Source: Reclinomonas americana ATCC 50394 (lineage: Eukaryota). From it: DNA of 20,000 nucleotides. Shown here in pieces: positions 10,001 to 20,000 of this stretch. The stretch is from the NCBI GenBank assembly GCA_048213135.1, contig PS015016.1, positions 49,627-69,626 on the forward strand. Direction: 5' to 3'. The notes beneath the pieces were generated by a model. The model worked only from the letters and a program-made list of their open reading frames with translations. It was not told the DNA's origin and did no database searches. Within the stretch, counting starts at the first letter, position 1. Every line of letters begins with the position of its first letter. The position numbers were made by a program, and so were the translations under genes.

Positions 10001-11974
10001 GTGCCGACCGGAACCAAGATCACACCCGATCAGGTGCCGCTCGGCATTGCTTCCACCGTCACTGTGCTGGGCACGCTGTTCTCGCCGCTGGTGAAGATCT
10101 CGGCCGTGCTGCCCAGCGACACGTGCGTGACGCAGACGCCCAACACGCCAGTTTCGTGTGCATCGTGATCAGTGTGTGTGTGCGTGCGTGTTCTCATCAA
10201 TTCACAGGCGTGGGTCACCATCAACAACCTCATGCTGGTGTCGTCGAGCTCCATCACGGTCACTGTGCTCGGCCAGAACACTGTCGGCATGGTCAAGTTC
10301 TGCCTGCAGGCGTTCCCCAACTCCAACTACATGGACGTGCAGAATGGCGTGCTGTTCATCGCGCCAGGAGCACTCACCGCCAACGCCTTCCCCATGAACA
10401 TTGGTGTCAGCGTGCAAACGCAAATCAGTCTGTACGGCAACAACCTGTACGTGCAAGATTCACAGCTCTTCATCCTCGACGATGGCGTGGCGTGCGACAA
10501 CATGGTTTGTCGGGCTCATTTTTTCTGCTGTCTGCATTGTGCTGCGCGGTCTCATTATCTCTTCTCGAACAGGACACTGTTACCGGTTCGCAGTACGCCA
10601 CCGTGGGCCCGCTGACGGGCGGCCCGTCCACCATGTTCGCGCAGATCACGGTGTCGCAAGCTGGCAACTACATTCCGTGCATGCGTGTCACGGGCGCACC
10701 CAAATTCAAGACTGTCCCCGGCAGTCCGCTGATGGTGTTGGGTAAGTGGCTTTCCTTGTGCGATGTGGATTTGTGAAGGGCGGGTGCTGAACGGCCNNNN
10801 NNNNNNNNNNNNNNNNNNNNNNNNNNNNNNNNNNNNNNNNNNNNNNNNNNNNNNNNNNNNNNNNNNNNNNNNNNNNNNNNNNNNNNNNNNNNNNNNNNNN
10901 NNNNNNNNNNNNNNNNNNNNNNNNNNNNNNGCGTGGCCGGTGACGTGTGCGTTCCGTCAGCGCTTCATCATTTCGCTCACGATGCTGCCATTCATCATCA
11001 GGCCCGCAAGCCACCGAGTTTGTGCCGCACCTGACGTTCTCGTCGCCGGCCTTTGTGCATCAGGTGACGGTCACCGGCCAGGGTCTGTCATACCTCGACT
11101 CTGTGGTGGTCATCAACGCGGCCGGCGCGTGCACCAATCCTGTGTTCGCCGACGGTGTTTCGATCAACACACCGTTCACGAGCACCGACGCCACGCAGCT
11201 GTACTTTGGTCTCACTGGTGCGTGTTTCGGCGTGCATACATGCATGCATGCGCTCGCACTCCACTCACCGACTGTGTCACCAGTGAATACGGCCGGCACC
11301 TACTCGTACTGCATCAAATACCCGCAGACCACCGCCTACGTGCCCATTGGCTCCTCATTCTCCGTGCAGCGGTTGTACGTCAGCGATTTCTCGCCGTCGT
11401 TGATCCCCACCAGCCAGTCGAGCATCAGTGTCACCATCACTGGCTCGGCACTGCGTGCCAGCGACATGATTCGTGTGATCCCCTGGACGAGCCCGTGCAT
11501 GGGTACCGACCTCGTCAACGCCAATGGCATCCAGATCGGCGCCGTCAGTTGCGTTCTCTCTCGTACATCTCATTTGCGTGTGGCAGTCGATCTCACCTCG
11601 TGACGCACAGCTGCCAATCCGAGCGGCTCGAGTCTGGTGGTGCCGGTTATGGCGAACACGCCCGGTACTTACCGCATCTGCATTCGCTTCACGGAAACCG
11701 TTGAATTCGGTGGCATTGTGGGTGGCCAGCTGGTGGTCGAAGGTCTACCGCTTTGTCGTCGTCTGCTTTTTGTGTGGTCTTTCCGTCGTTGACCCCCTTG
11801 CGTGTCTCAGGCTCCAATGGCAGCGGCCTGTCGCCCGGCGTCCTGGCCGTGGTCATCATCGTCCCCATTGTGGCTGTGGCGGTCCTTGTGGTGCTCGGCT
11901 TGTGGTGGTGGCGCCGACGTCGCGCACCGCGCAATGTCGACGCCTCGGACACGGGTCCGTACGGCACCCTGTGA
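7060..11974 (+). CDS. Large type I membrane protein: signal peptide, 10 IPT/TIG-like Ig-fold repeats, TM helix, short tail ending YGTL; 19 introns
   Basis: Signal MVKQQWWLLVALVAVAWCTVSS. Each repeat starts P.vt.v.P...+tv.G..l and ends G.Y.+C+.+. TM GVLAVVIIVPIVAVAVLVVLGLWWW followed by RRRR. All 19 introns are frame-consistent; the N-gap falls in a phase-1 intron. Confidence 0.85.
7378..7399 (+). repeat. (CA)n microsatellite directly before an intron acceptor
   Basis: cacacacacacacacacacaca followed by g; a similar (TG)n run lies near 19176-19192. Confidence 0.9.
10797..10930. other. Assembly gap (other gaps at 852-871 and 17687-17706)
   Basis: Runs of N. Confidence 1.
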
Positions 11975-12106
11975 GCCACAGCTCGACATCGAGGCCCCTC
12001 CACTGCTCCCTTTCCTCTGGACTATGAAATGAATCGCAACCCTGCTGTTTTGCCATGTGTGAGTTGTCTTCAGCGCGTCCTGCAGTCACGTTCATCAGAC
12101 ACCGCA

Positions 12107-14588
12107 ATGGCATCGTCACCCCGATCGCCACCGTCGCTGAGCCGCTCCACACCACGCTCTCCACCAGCCGCGTCCTCGGTTCGCTCACCATCCTCCCTCG
12201 GCAGCGGGAGTGGGAGTGGAGGCGGCTCGCCACCACGATCTGCACGACAAGGCGCCTCGCCCAGCGCCAATGTGGCAGCCGCCGCAGCTGTGGCCGCAGC
12301 TGCATCGCCGGCGACCACCGACGGCAACGCAGCACGTCGAGCCAATCAACTCTTGACTGCGGCAGTGGAGCGATGTCGACGCGGCAGCAAAGAGGTGCGT
12401 GGATTGGCGCGCACTCTTCAACAATCATCTTCAGTCTCACTTCTCTCTCTGTGTGTAGGTGGATCTGTCGATGAAAGCACTGGGCGGTTTGCCGATTGGA
12501 GAGAAGCGTCTGCAGGAGGCATGCAAGCAGCTGTCATCTCTCGACGTGCAACGACTGAACATGTCGGGTGTATCTGGTATTGAATACTTCGTCTCTCTCA
12601 CACACACGCGCGTGTGTGCACTGCTCTCACGCCTGGCTCGTGGCAGTGTTTGTGCGAAACTCGCTGGGAGACACGCAGGCGCGCCTCATTGCACGATCGT
12701 TTTCTCGACTGACGACTCTGGTGATCTCCAACAACGAGGTCCGTCTTCTTCCTCTGTCATGCTCGCTCTCGCCCTTGTGCATGCTGATGGTGAGACGCCA
12801 CATTGCAGATCTCGTTCGAGGGCGTGCGCTTCCTGGCCACCGGCTGCCCAAACCTCACCCATCTGGATGTTGCGTCGCGCTTCATGCCACGCACTCCAGC
12901 TGCCCCTCACCGGTCACTCACTCGGCGTGCGACCTCAGATATCGTACAACATCATCGCATGCGACGGTGTCAAGGAACTGGCATCGCGACTGCCGCACCT
13001 GACCTGGCTCGACGTGCGAGGCAACGATGTCGGCAACGATGGCGCCGCTGTTATCGGCGAACAGATGCCTCAACTTCGTTTTCTGAGTATCGAATGTTGC
13101 GTGGGGTTTTTTGTGGGTGCCTCCGATCCATCGTGGTGCTAACACCTGCTGCGGGTCGGTGCAGCCAATGTGATTGGCACGGTCGGCACCATGGCTCTCG
13201 CCAAGCTGTGCAACTTGACAGAGCTGAGTCTCAGTGGCAACTCGATCGGCGACGGCGGCTGCTACGTTCTCGGGCGCACCTCGTCTCCACTCAAGAAGCT
13301 CAACATGTTGCGTTGCACGTCAAGTGTGCGCAGCTCATAGCCTGTCACTCACACGCGTGCATGTGCCATTGCAGATCATGTATGTGTGCATATCGTGCCT
13401 TCATCATCACCGTTCTCCTCACGATGCTCACTTGCGCAGACAATGTCGTCACACACACTGGCCTGATCGACGTGCTGCGCTTACTCACCATGCTTTCGTC
13501 GCTGAATCTGCGAGGTTGCGAGATCGGTCCCTCGGCCGGCTACGCGATCCAGGAGTACTTGTCGCCGCACCTGACCGACCTGGACCTGGCCTACAACAAC
13601 CTGAACGACTCGAGCATGGAAGACATGGCGGTGGGAGCCACGACGACACTCATCGGATTGCGCACGCTTGTTCTGCGCGGCAACAGCATCGCTGACGAGG
13701 GTGCCAAGCATTTGGCACAATTCCAACAGCTCACCACCCTCGACATCTCCTGCAATCCCGTGGGAGCAGCGGGTGTGGCGGCTCTTGGCCGCGGTCTGAC
13801 ACGACTCAAGACACTACACATTGGGGAGGTGAAGTGGGCCTGGGACTGTGCAGCGGAGCTGGCACGCGGTCGATGGACGTCCACGCTGCGAACGTTGGAT
13901 GTGCGTGGCACGTTTGATTTGAGTGACGGCGAGGCGAGGCTCATGCTCGAGTGCTCCAACCTCACCGCCCTCAACATTTCCTGTTGCGTCGCATCTTCTT
14001 GCTTGTCTCTCTGCTTGTGTATATTCACGGCATGCTTCTATTTTCTGCAGCCACGGGAGTCTCACGGAATGCCGCACGCGGTCTGGCCATGCAGCTGCCG
14101 CTGCTGGTCAAACTTGATACCACCGACGGTTTGCAACCAGTGCCCGTGTGCAGTGGCGCTCCGTCTGCTCCTCACCTTCTACGCCCGCAGAGGAGATTCG
14201 TCTGGCTGCGCAGCCGTATTTGGCACTCAACTACGAACCGTTCCGTTGATTGTTGCACTCGTTGCTGTGCGATGGTGCTGACTCTCCGCTCCGCAGCTTC
14301 CTCATCGAACGTGCCCGCTCGGTGCTGCTGTCTGCACAACGAAAACAACAGCTGATCAGCAGCGGCAGCAGTAGTGGCGGCGGAAGCACGCGAGGCGTGG
14401 ATGCCGACGCCGGCTCTCAGTCGTCGGACGTCGACACACCGCACAGCACCGGCACCGAGGCCTCACCGTCGCAGTTCCGCAGCCAGTCGGCCAGCGGCTT
14501 CGACATAATACGAGTGCTGGACATTGTGCTGACGCAGACGCTGAACGAGCGCTCACGGAGAGTACGCGCGGCTCGCGATCCCACATGA
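12107..14588 (+). CDS. Leucine-rich repeat protein (RI-like LRRs) with Ser/Pro-rich N-terminus; about 10 introns including a 5-nt microexon
   Basis: Repeats LTHLDISYNII, LTWLDVRGNDVGNDGA, LTELSLSGNSIGDGG, LKKLNISYNVV, LTDLDLAYNNLND, LRTLVLRGNSIADEGAKHLA, LTTLDISCNPVGAAG. The donor of intron 2 (about 12568-12578) is uncertain. Confidence 0.88.
13375..13379 (+). other. 5-nt microexon (ATCAT)
   Basis: Flanked by TTGCAG| and |GTATGT; inclusion restores the frame and the LRR consensus LKKLNISYN. Confidence 0.8.
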
Positions 14589-14684
14589 TGCACTCGCGAG
14601 GTGCAGCGTCCACTCCAGTCGTCTTTACAGTCTCTCCTTCTTTGTTGGCATCGTCCAGCAAAAAAACACCAGCGAATTATTGTT

Positions 14685-16788
14685 TTAGTACAGTGTGGCA
14701 TTCCTAAATGACACGAATAATCTCGACGAGCCGGTAAAGTCGACTCCGCGCAGCGTAGCACGCTCAAACGTCGCGTTCTGCAGGTCGGCATCGCGAAAGG
14801 TCGAGTGCGTGAGGATGGCCGCGGAGAAATCGCCGCCAGCCAGCTTGGCCGACGTGAAGTCGCAGTTGACCAGCTTGGCCTCCACAAACAGACGCCGCTG
14901 CTTGTCGTCGTAGCACGCTGTGCGGCGAGGTAGCAGTGAGTCGAGAATTGGCCCGGCGATGGAAGGCCAGTGGGAGAACGCAACAGAGATCGCAGTGTCG
15001 AAACGAGACGCCCGACAGGTCCGCGTGACTGAAATTGATGACAGTGAGGTGTCGCAGCTGCAGCGAGCCAAAGGCGGTGGTGCGGAGGTCGCAAAAGGTG
15101 AGCTGCAAGGTGCCACCGGGTGGCGCCTTGCTTATCAGTCGACACAATTCGTCTTGCGCGACCACACTGCGCGTGGCAGTCGGGGTGTGTGATGCCGACC
15201 GCGCCAGTGCCTCCTTTTCGCGGTGCTCCTTGATGCGACGCAGACGACGCCCGACAGCGCGTCGCAGTCCATCTAGAGCAAAAAACTGCGCCTCCACAAA
15301 CAGCTGCTTCAGGCAGCGTTCGTCGGTGGGATCGACATCCAGCACGCCTCCGCGGCCATCCACACAAGTGCGCAGGAAGCGCAAGATGTGACGGAACAGA
15401 TCGGGCTCACGATCCAAGAACACCTGCCGCACCACATCGGTGAGTCTCATCGGCGTTGCGCTTTCCATCTCTCCGTTGACGACAAGGAACAAACCCGTCC
15501 GTGCGAATCGGTGGCAAGATCGAAGCGACCGGAGAACATGGCGGCGAGCATCGAGTTACCGTCGCGACTCAGCGTGTCGCGCGAGGTCACAAATGTCTCG
15601 CCGCCCACATTCAGCTCCACCATGGTCTCCGACCCCGTTGCCGCTCGCGAACCGCCATTCAACACTTGCACAAAGTGCAGCGGATCGGTGGACTCGCACA
15701 CCGGCGCCAGCTCCTGCATCGTCGTCACGGATTGAGAGAACTGCACCCACAGCCATCACACCACCACGCTCTTCTCTTCTTACGCAACATCCGGCTCCCA
15801 CTCCAACTCGTACACCTGCGTGTTGCTCGAGGCGCCACTGTCTCCCCTGCCTCGGCTCCCTGCAGAAGCCGCAGCTGTCGACGAGGAAGGCGCTCGGCCC
15901 GCGGCCACTGCAGCCGCTGCCGCCGCCGCTGCTGCAACAGCAGACGTCGACATGGGTCCACTGCTTGTCGAGCGCGGCCGGCTGCGCAACGCCCCCGCAC
16001 CGCCCAGCGGCTGCACATCGTCGCCGACCGACAAGTACACCATGTCTGCTTGCCGCATCCGCTCACCGGCCGCCATGGCCGCCGCCTCCTCCGCCTCTGC
16101 CTCGGCCTGTCGGCTCGCATCGCCACCGCTTTCATCGCCATCACCGTTGCCATCAGCAGCAGCAGCAGCAGCACCATAGTCGTCGTCCGAATCCTCATCG
16201 GATCCCGTGCCCGACTCCCACGACGGCGTCGACGGCCGCATAGCACCAGCCTGTGCACCTGTGACGACGACAGGCTCCTCCCTGCGTGAGCATCGCGGGT
16301 GAGCACAGTGCGTCACTCACAATCCTCCCAACACCAGACGCAACTGGATTGGCGGCGGCTGATGCAGCGGTGGTGGTGGTGGTGGTGGCAGCGGTGGGGA
16401 GGACGGCGAGTGATGCGAAGACAGAGGTCCAGCGGCCGCCACGGCACCAGCCGCGTGATAGCTATGATGATGATGAGGACGATGCACACGCGCCGCCGAT
16501 GGTGGCGACGAGGAGATGGGCGGCATGGAGGCAGCAGCCGCCGATGAAGACGACACAGACATGGCGGAGGCGGAGGAGGCCTGCGCGGCGGCAGCAGCAG
16601 CTGCGGCCGCCACTGCTGCTGCGGCCGCGGCGGCCACCTCATTGCCGGTGACTGCGAGCAGTGCAACCTCGGGCGAGCTGGCCTCGCGGGGCATCATTGG
16701 GCCGCCACGGTCGGGCGGAGGGAATGCGTTGAGTCGACGAGGCCGTGAGCGACCAGCGCCAGTGCCTGTGCCGCCGCCGCCGCGGTGA

Positions 16789-16820
<32 letters not shown>

Positions 16821-16949
16821 TTCGTCTTCTTCTTCGTAGGGTTCGGTGCTGTCGACGTTGCCGGTGGAGAGGAAGGAGGCGAGGTCGTCGATGCGAGAGG
16901 TCAGCTCGATGGAGGGTCGAGGCGCACCCGCTGCATCCTCCTCGCTCAT
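14685..16949 (-). CDS. BTB/POZ (KCTD-type) plus pentapeptide-repeat protein (KCTD9/FIP2-like) with long low-complexity N-terminus; 4 introns
   Basis: VELNVGGETFVTSRDTL...SMLAAMFSG...DSHGR-VFLDREPDLFRHILRFLR...LFVEAQFFAL is a T1-type BTB. Then INFSHADLSGVSFRHCDLS...AKLVNCDFTSAKLAGGDFSAAILTHSTFRDADLQNATFERATLRGVDF pentapeptide repeats. Start codon inferred. Confidence 0.85.
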
Positions 16950-16987
16950 CGGACTGGCAAAGCAATAAAGGACAAGGAGCGATGATT

Positions 16988-17631
16988 TCATTTAGTCGAC
17001 GACGATGCGACGGAGCTGTTAGTTGCATCGCCGTTGGTGTGTCGTTGCTGCGTTGACGGCGGCTTGCCACGTGTGGCGAGCTGCTGTGGCACTTGAGCGT
17101 TGCCTGCGGCACTGCGGCACATGGCCTGCACCGAGCGCGTGCGGCGACGCTCGTCGTCCAACATGAGCCGGTGTTTGTCGACGTCCTGCTTCATGGCCTC
17201 CAGAGACTGCCGTGCCAGTTCCGTGGCCTTGAACCCGAGAGTCTGTCAAATGATTCATCAGCACAACCGCGGCGACAGGCGACGAGAGGCAAGCACAACG
17301 CAACGGCGACCAAGGCATGAATCTCCGACTCTTCTCGAACAAAATGCAACTGTACACGCTCGAGAATGTCGCGCTTCTCCTTCACAATCGCCTGCATTCC
17401 ACATCAGCAAGTAAGGAACACAGTCGCACGTGTGCAAGAGAATACGTCCAAGGTGCACACCTCGGGATCAAACACGGGTGACCGCTGCGACAGCCGAGTG
17501 CCGCCCAGGCGCGACGGGCTCGCCGACGGCGCTGCACTCGGACTGAATGGCGCCGTGAGCGCAATCCCTGCAGGCTCTCCGCCTTCAGGAGCTGTACCGT
17601 CCGGTGGCGGCTGTGGCTACCCCGCAACGGT

Positions 17632-17662
<31 letters not shown>

Positions 17663-19470
17663 GAAGGGAAGGAGAGGAAGGGAAGGNNNNNNNNNNNNNN
17701 NNNNNNACGAGGCTGGTGACTGTAACCGCGCTGGATCCATGCACGGGACGAGGAGTGCACTGTCGGGCACGGGAAGATCAGCGGGCTGGTCGTCACGATG
17801 CAGTTGCACTTGAATCAAAAACTCCTGCGCCGGCAAGTGTCAACGCTCAGCACCATGCATTACACACACCCGGACGGTGGCCTGCACTCACCGGTAGACA
17901 TAGGCTGTTGTCGGCATAATAGTACGTTTGGGTGCTCTCATCGAGAACCGTGTTAAAGTCGCCGCTCTGCAACAGGTTGGCCACCACGTGCGGCGGCGCC
18001 GATTGACATCGACACAACTGCTCTCGACAATGAGCCAGAGCCAACTCGAAACGTGAGAACGCGACTCGCACACACCTTGCCAAGAAATACTTTACACAGG
18101 AAAAAGTAGCGGAAGCGACCGGCCTCGTGCTCGTTCTCCATCGCTAATGAATGGCTTCGCGGAGGCGTCAGAAAAGGCAAGCACACATGCGTGCACTTCG
18201 AAGCAAGCAGCGCACCGTGTGAGGCCGGTAATGTCTTGTTGTACAGCGGCGGCACGCCGCAGGATCTCGAGCACCACACGCTTGTCGCCCGTGAGACCCG
18301 TGATGTAGTCGGGCAGCCTGCGTGACGATCACTCGGTGAGACGGGAGATCGCAACGGCGAGTTGAACATGAGGCGCCTTGTCACGCAACACCACGTCAAA
18401 GTCGACAGGCATCACATCGTGGAACACGGCAGGATCGGTGTGTGTGCCAACGACGCAGATGCGAGCCACATCCGACACCTCGCACTGCAGAAAGAGACCC
18501 TTGAAGAGATTGATCTCCACCTCCAGCCGCTGCTCCAGACACACATCCTCCACCGTCTGCTGGAAGTCGCGCTTCAGCACCGAGTTCTCCATCTGGTACA
18601 CGTTGGTGACGCGCACAGAGAGATCCTTGCTCGGATCGGCCGACGGCCTCAAGCTGGCCATGATGGCATTCGCACACTGCCGCCCCGCCCGATCAACGCT
18701 CAGCTTCCACGACGACAACACGACAACAACAACACAAGACACGTGCGCGCAACTCGTTCAAAGAGCGCATGCCCTGGTCTGACATACACCAGATTGGCAC
18801 GCCGGCCGGTCTCCCGATACACGTGCTTGCCGATCTCACTGAGCACACCGGCACACTGCACCGCACTCTGCACATTCTTAATCGCATTGATCTTCTTGAC
18901 CGAGTAGGCCAGCCGCATGTCGCGCTCCCGTTCCAGCTTGGTGAAGAAGGTGACCATGAGACGCATCAGACTAAAGTCGACCTCCTTGAAACGACGCACA
19001 AAGTGCGTGCGCTGCATTGAGTCTTGCAGTCGCGACGAGGTCAGACACGCCATCACTCGTCGTCGCAGGCGTCGCCTGCGCGCAGCCAGCCACTGAATGC
19101 GGTTCTCCGACTCGCTCTGTGAGTGTTTCTTCCACTGCCGAAAGTAGCGCACGAGCTCGTCAAAGGCCTCTGTGAGTGTGTGTGTGTGTGTGTCAGTGAG
19201 AAGAAGAGTGATTGTGTGTGTGTGCATTGATGCAGAGTGCGTACCAAACTCGGTGCCCGCACTGGTCAGCACGTTCTGGTGCCAGATGACGTTGCCGGGT
19301 ACGCCAGTGAGCACCTCAGAGAGGAGAATGTCTGTGTGTGTGCGCGCGATGTGTGAGAGCGCGCAACCATCAACCGATCATCATTCATGGGAGAACGTGT
19401 GTGTGTGCGTGTGTGTGCGTGCTTGTGTGCAGAGCGGGGACGCACCGGCGAGCGTGACAAGCTCACTCAT
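16988..19470 (-). CDS. Protein with a degenerate PARP-like (ART-fold) domain and helical/coiled-coil flanks; about 10 introns
   Basis: Ordered PARP-like motifs: VRVTNVYQMENSVLKRDFQ; KGLFLQCEVSDVARICVVG; RYFFLCKVFLGK; FNTV...TYYYADNSLCLPEFLIQV. One intron spans the gap 17687-17706. Confidence 0.6.
17637..17662 (+). repeat. (AG)n microsatellite inside an intron, next to an assembly gap
   Basis: Direct reading of agagagag... Confidence 0.9.
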
Positions 19471-19598
19471 GAGTGAGTGTGGGTCGATGCACACACACAC
19501 ACAGGAAGGCGATACGAGAGATATCGATGATCAATCGATCGATGATGGCTGGTTCGATCGCTGCGGGCGAAGGAGAAAAAACAACATAATAACTACAT

Positions 19599-20000
19599 TC
19601 ACTGTTCGCCGCTTCCTGGACCCGCCTGCAGTCTCATGTTGATGCGATCGCGCAGTCGCTGGCGGATTTCGGCACGATCGGGACTGTTGGCGCCGAGAAC
19701 CGGATCGCTGTCCATGGCTGTGCGGGGGAAACGAGGGAGTGAGAGGATTGCGCAAGATGAAGGACGTGGCGCTAGAAAAAGCAAACTGACCCTTGCGGAT
19801 ACGCACAGCGTCGGCTTCGCTTCCGCGTCGGGGTGAAATGCTGCCGGAGCCAGCAGGCTCGAAGCCATTGCGATTCATGAACTGATCGACGGCGTGCGAC
19901 GGCTTGGGCCGCCGTGTCAGGGGCGACACGCGCGACGACGAGGTCGGACTCGCCGCCGCCGCCGCCGCGTCATTGTCGGCTGGTGCGAATGAAACGCGGG
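19599..20000 (-). CDS. 3' end of an unknown protein (partial)
   Basis: Open frame ...SPLTRRPKPSHAVDQFMNRNGFE...VRIRK, intron G|GTCAGT...CACAG, last exon AMDSDPVLGANSPDRAEIRQRLRDRINMRLQAGPGSGEQ*. Confidence 0.55.

Noticed and set aside
9466-10776. 436-aa ORF and other long Arg/His-rich ORFs (4907-5986, 14417-15367, 15440-16289)
   Set aside because: Off-frame or antisense artefacts of GC-rich coding DNA with no recognisable motifs.
6500-15000. Non-canonical TT-initiated introns (G|TTGCGT)
   Set aside because: With normal AG acceptors this shifts the frame. Also shifting the acceptor gives no 3' consensus and worse residues (DLW instead of pentapeptide DLS at 14984; G instead of V in LVASN at 6569). 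GT-AG is more parsimonious.
15900-16830. GCN, GAY and CCN trinucleotide runs
   Set aside because: They encode poly-Ala, poly-Asp and poly-Pro low-complexity protein segments, which are common throughout this window.
1-20000. Introner-type mobile introns as the source of GTTGCGT donors
   Set aside because: The introns share only donor, CT(C/G/T)AC branch-like and YAG motifs. I saw no internal similarity, terminal inverted repeats or target duplications by eye; an all-versus-all intron alignment would settle it.
1-20000. CRISPR arrays, transposons, tRNA/rRNA genes, or a functional gene cluster
   Set aside because: No repeat-spacer arrays, transposase or RT motifs, or structured RNA signatures were recognised. 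Neighbouring genes look functionally unrelated.

Overview
Gene-dense, GC-rich eukaryotic (probably protist) DNA with many short spliceosomal introns (mostly about 50-85 nt), so the six-frame ORF track is misleading. Manual splicing gives 10 genes: a partial GT8 glycosyltransferase, a CaaX-ending Qa-SNARE, a VARP-like VPS9 GEF, a Sen54-like subunit, an Amun-like HhH protein, a type I membrane protein with 10 IPT/TIG-like repeats, an LRR protein, a BTB plus pentapeptide protein, a pseudo-PARP-like protein and a partial unknown gene. They are separated by only 3-184 bp. The standout signal is the splicing code. By manual count about 23 of about 61 inferred introns use a 5' splice site shifted by one nucleotide (|GTTGCGT, |GTTGAGT, |GTTCCGT, |GTTTCGT, with exon -1 almost never G). 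The rest use the normal class (G|GTGCGT, G|GTGAGT). Shifted donors are known as rare exceptions in human; here they look like a major donor class. Also notable are a 5-nt microexon, a possibly prenylated syntaxin, two likely pseudoenzymes and convergent stop codons 3 bp apart. All gene models are hand-inferred without transcript data or database searches.
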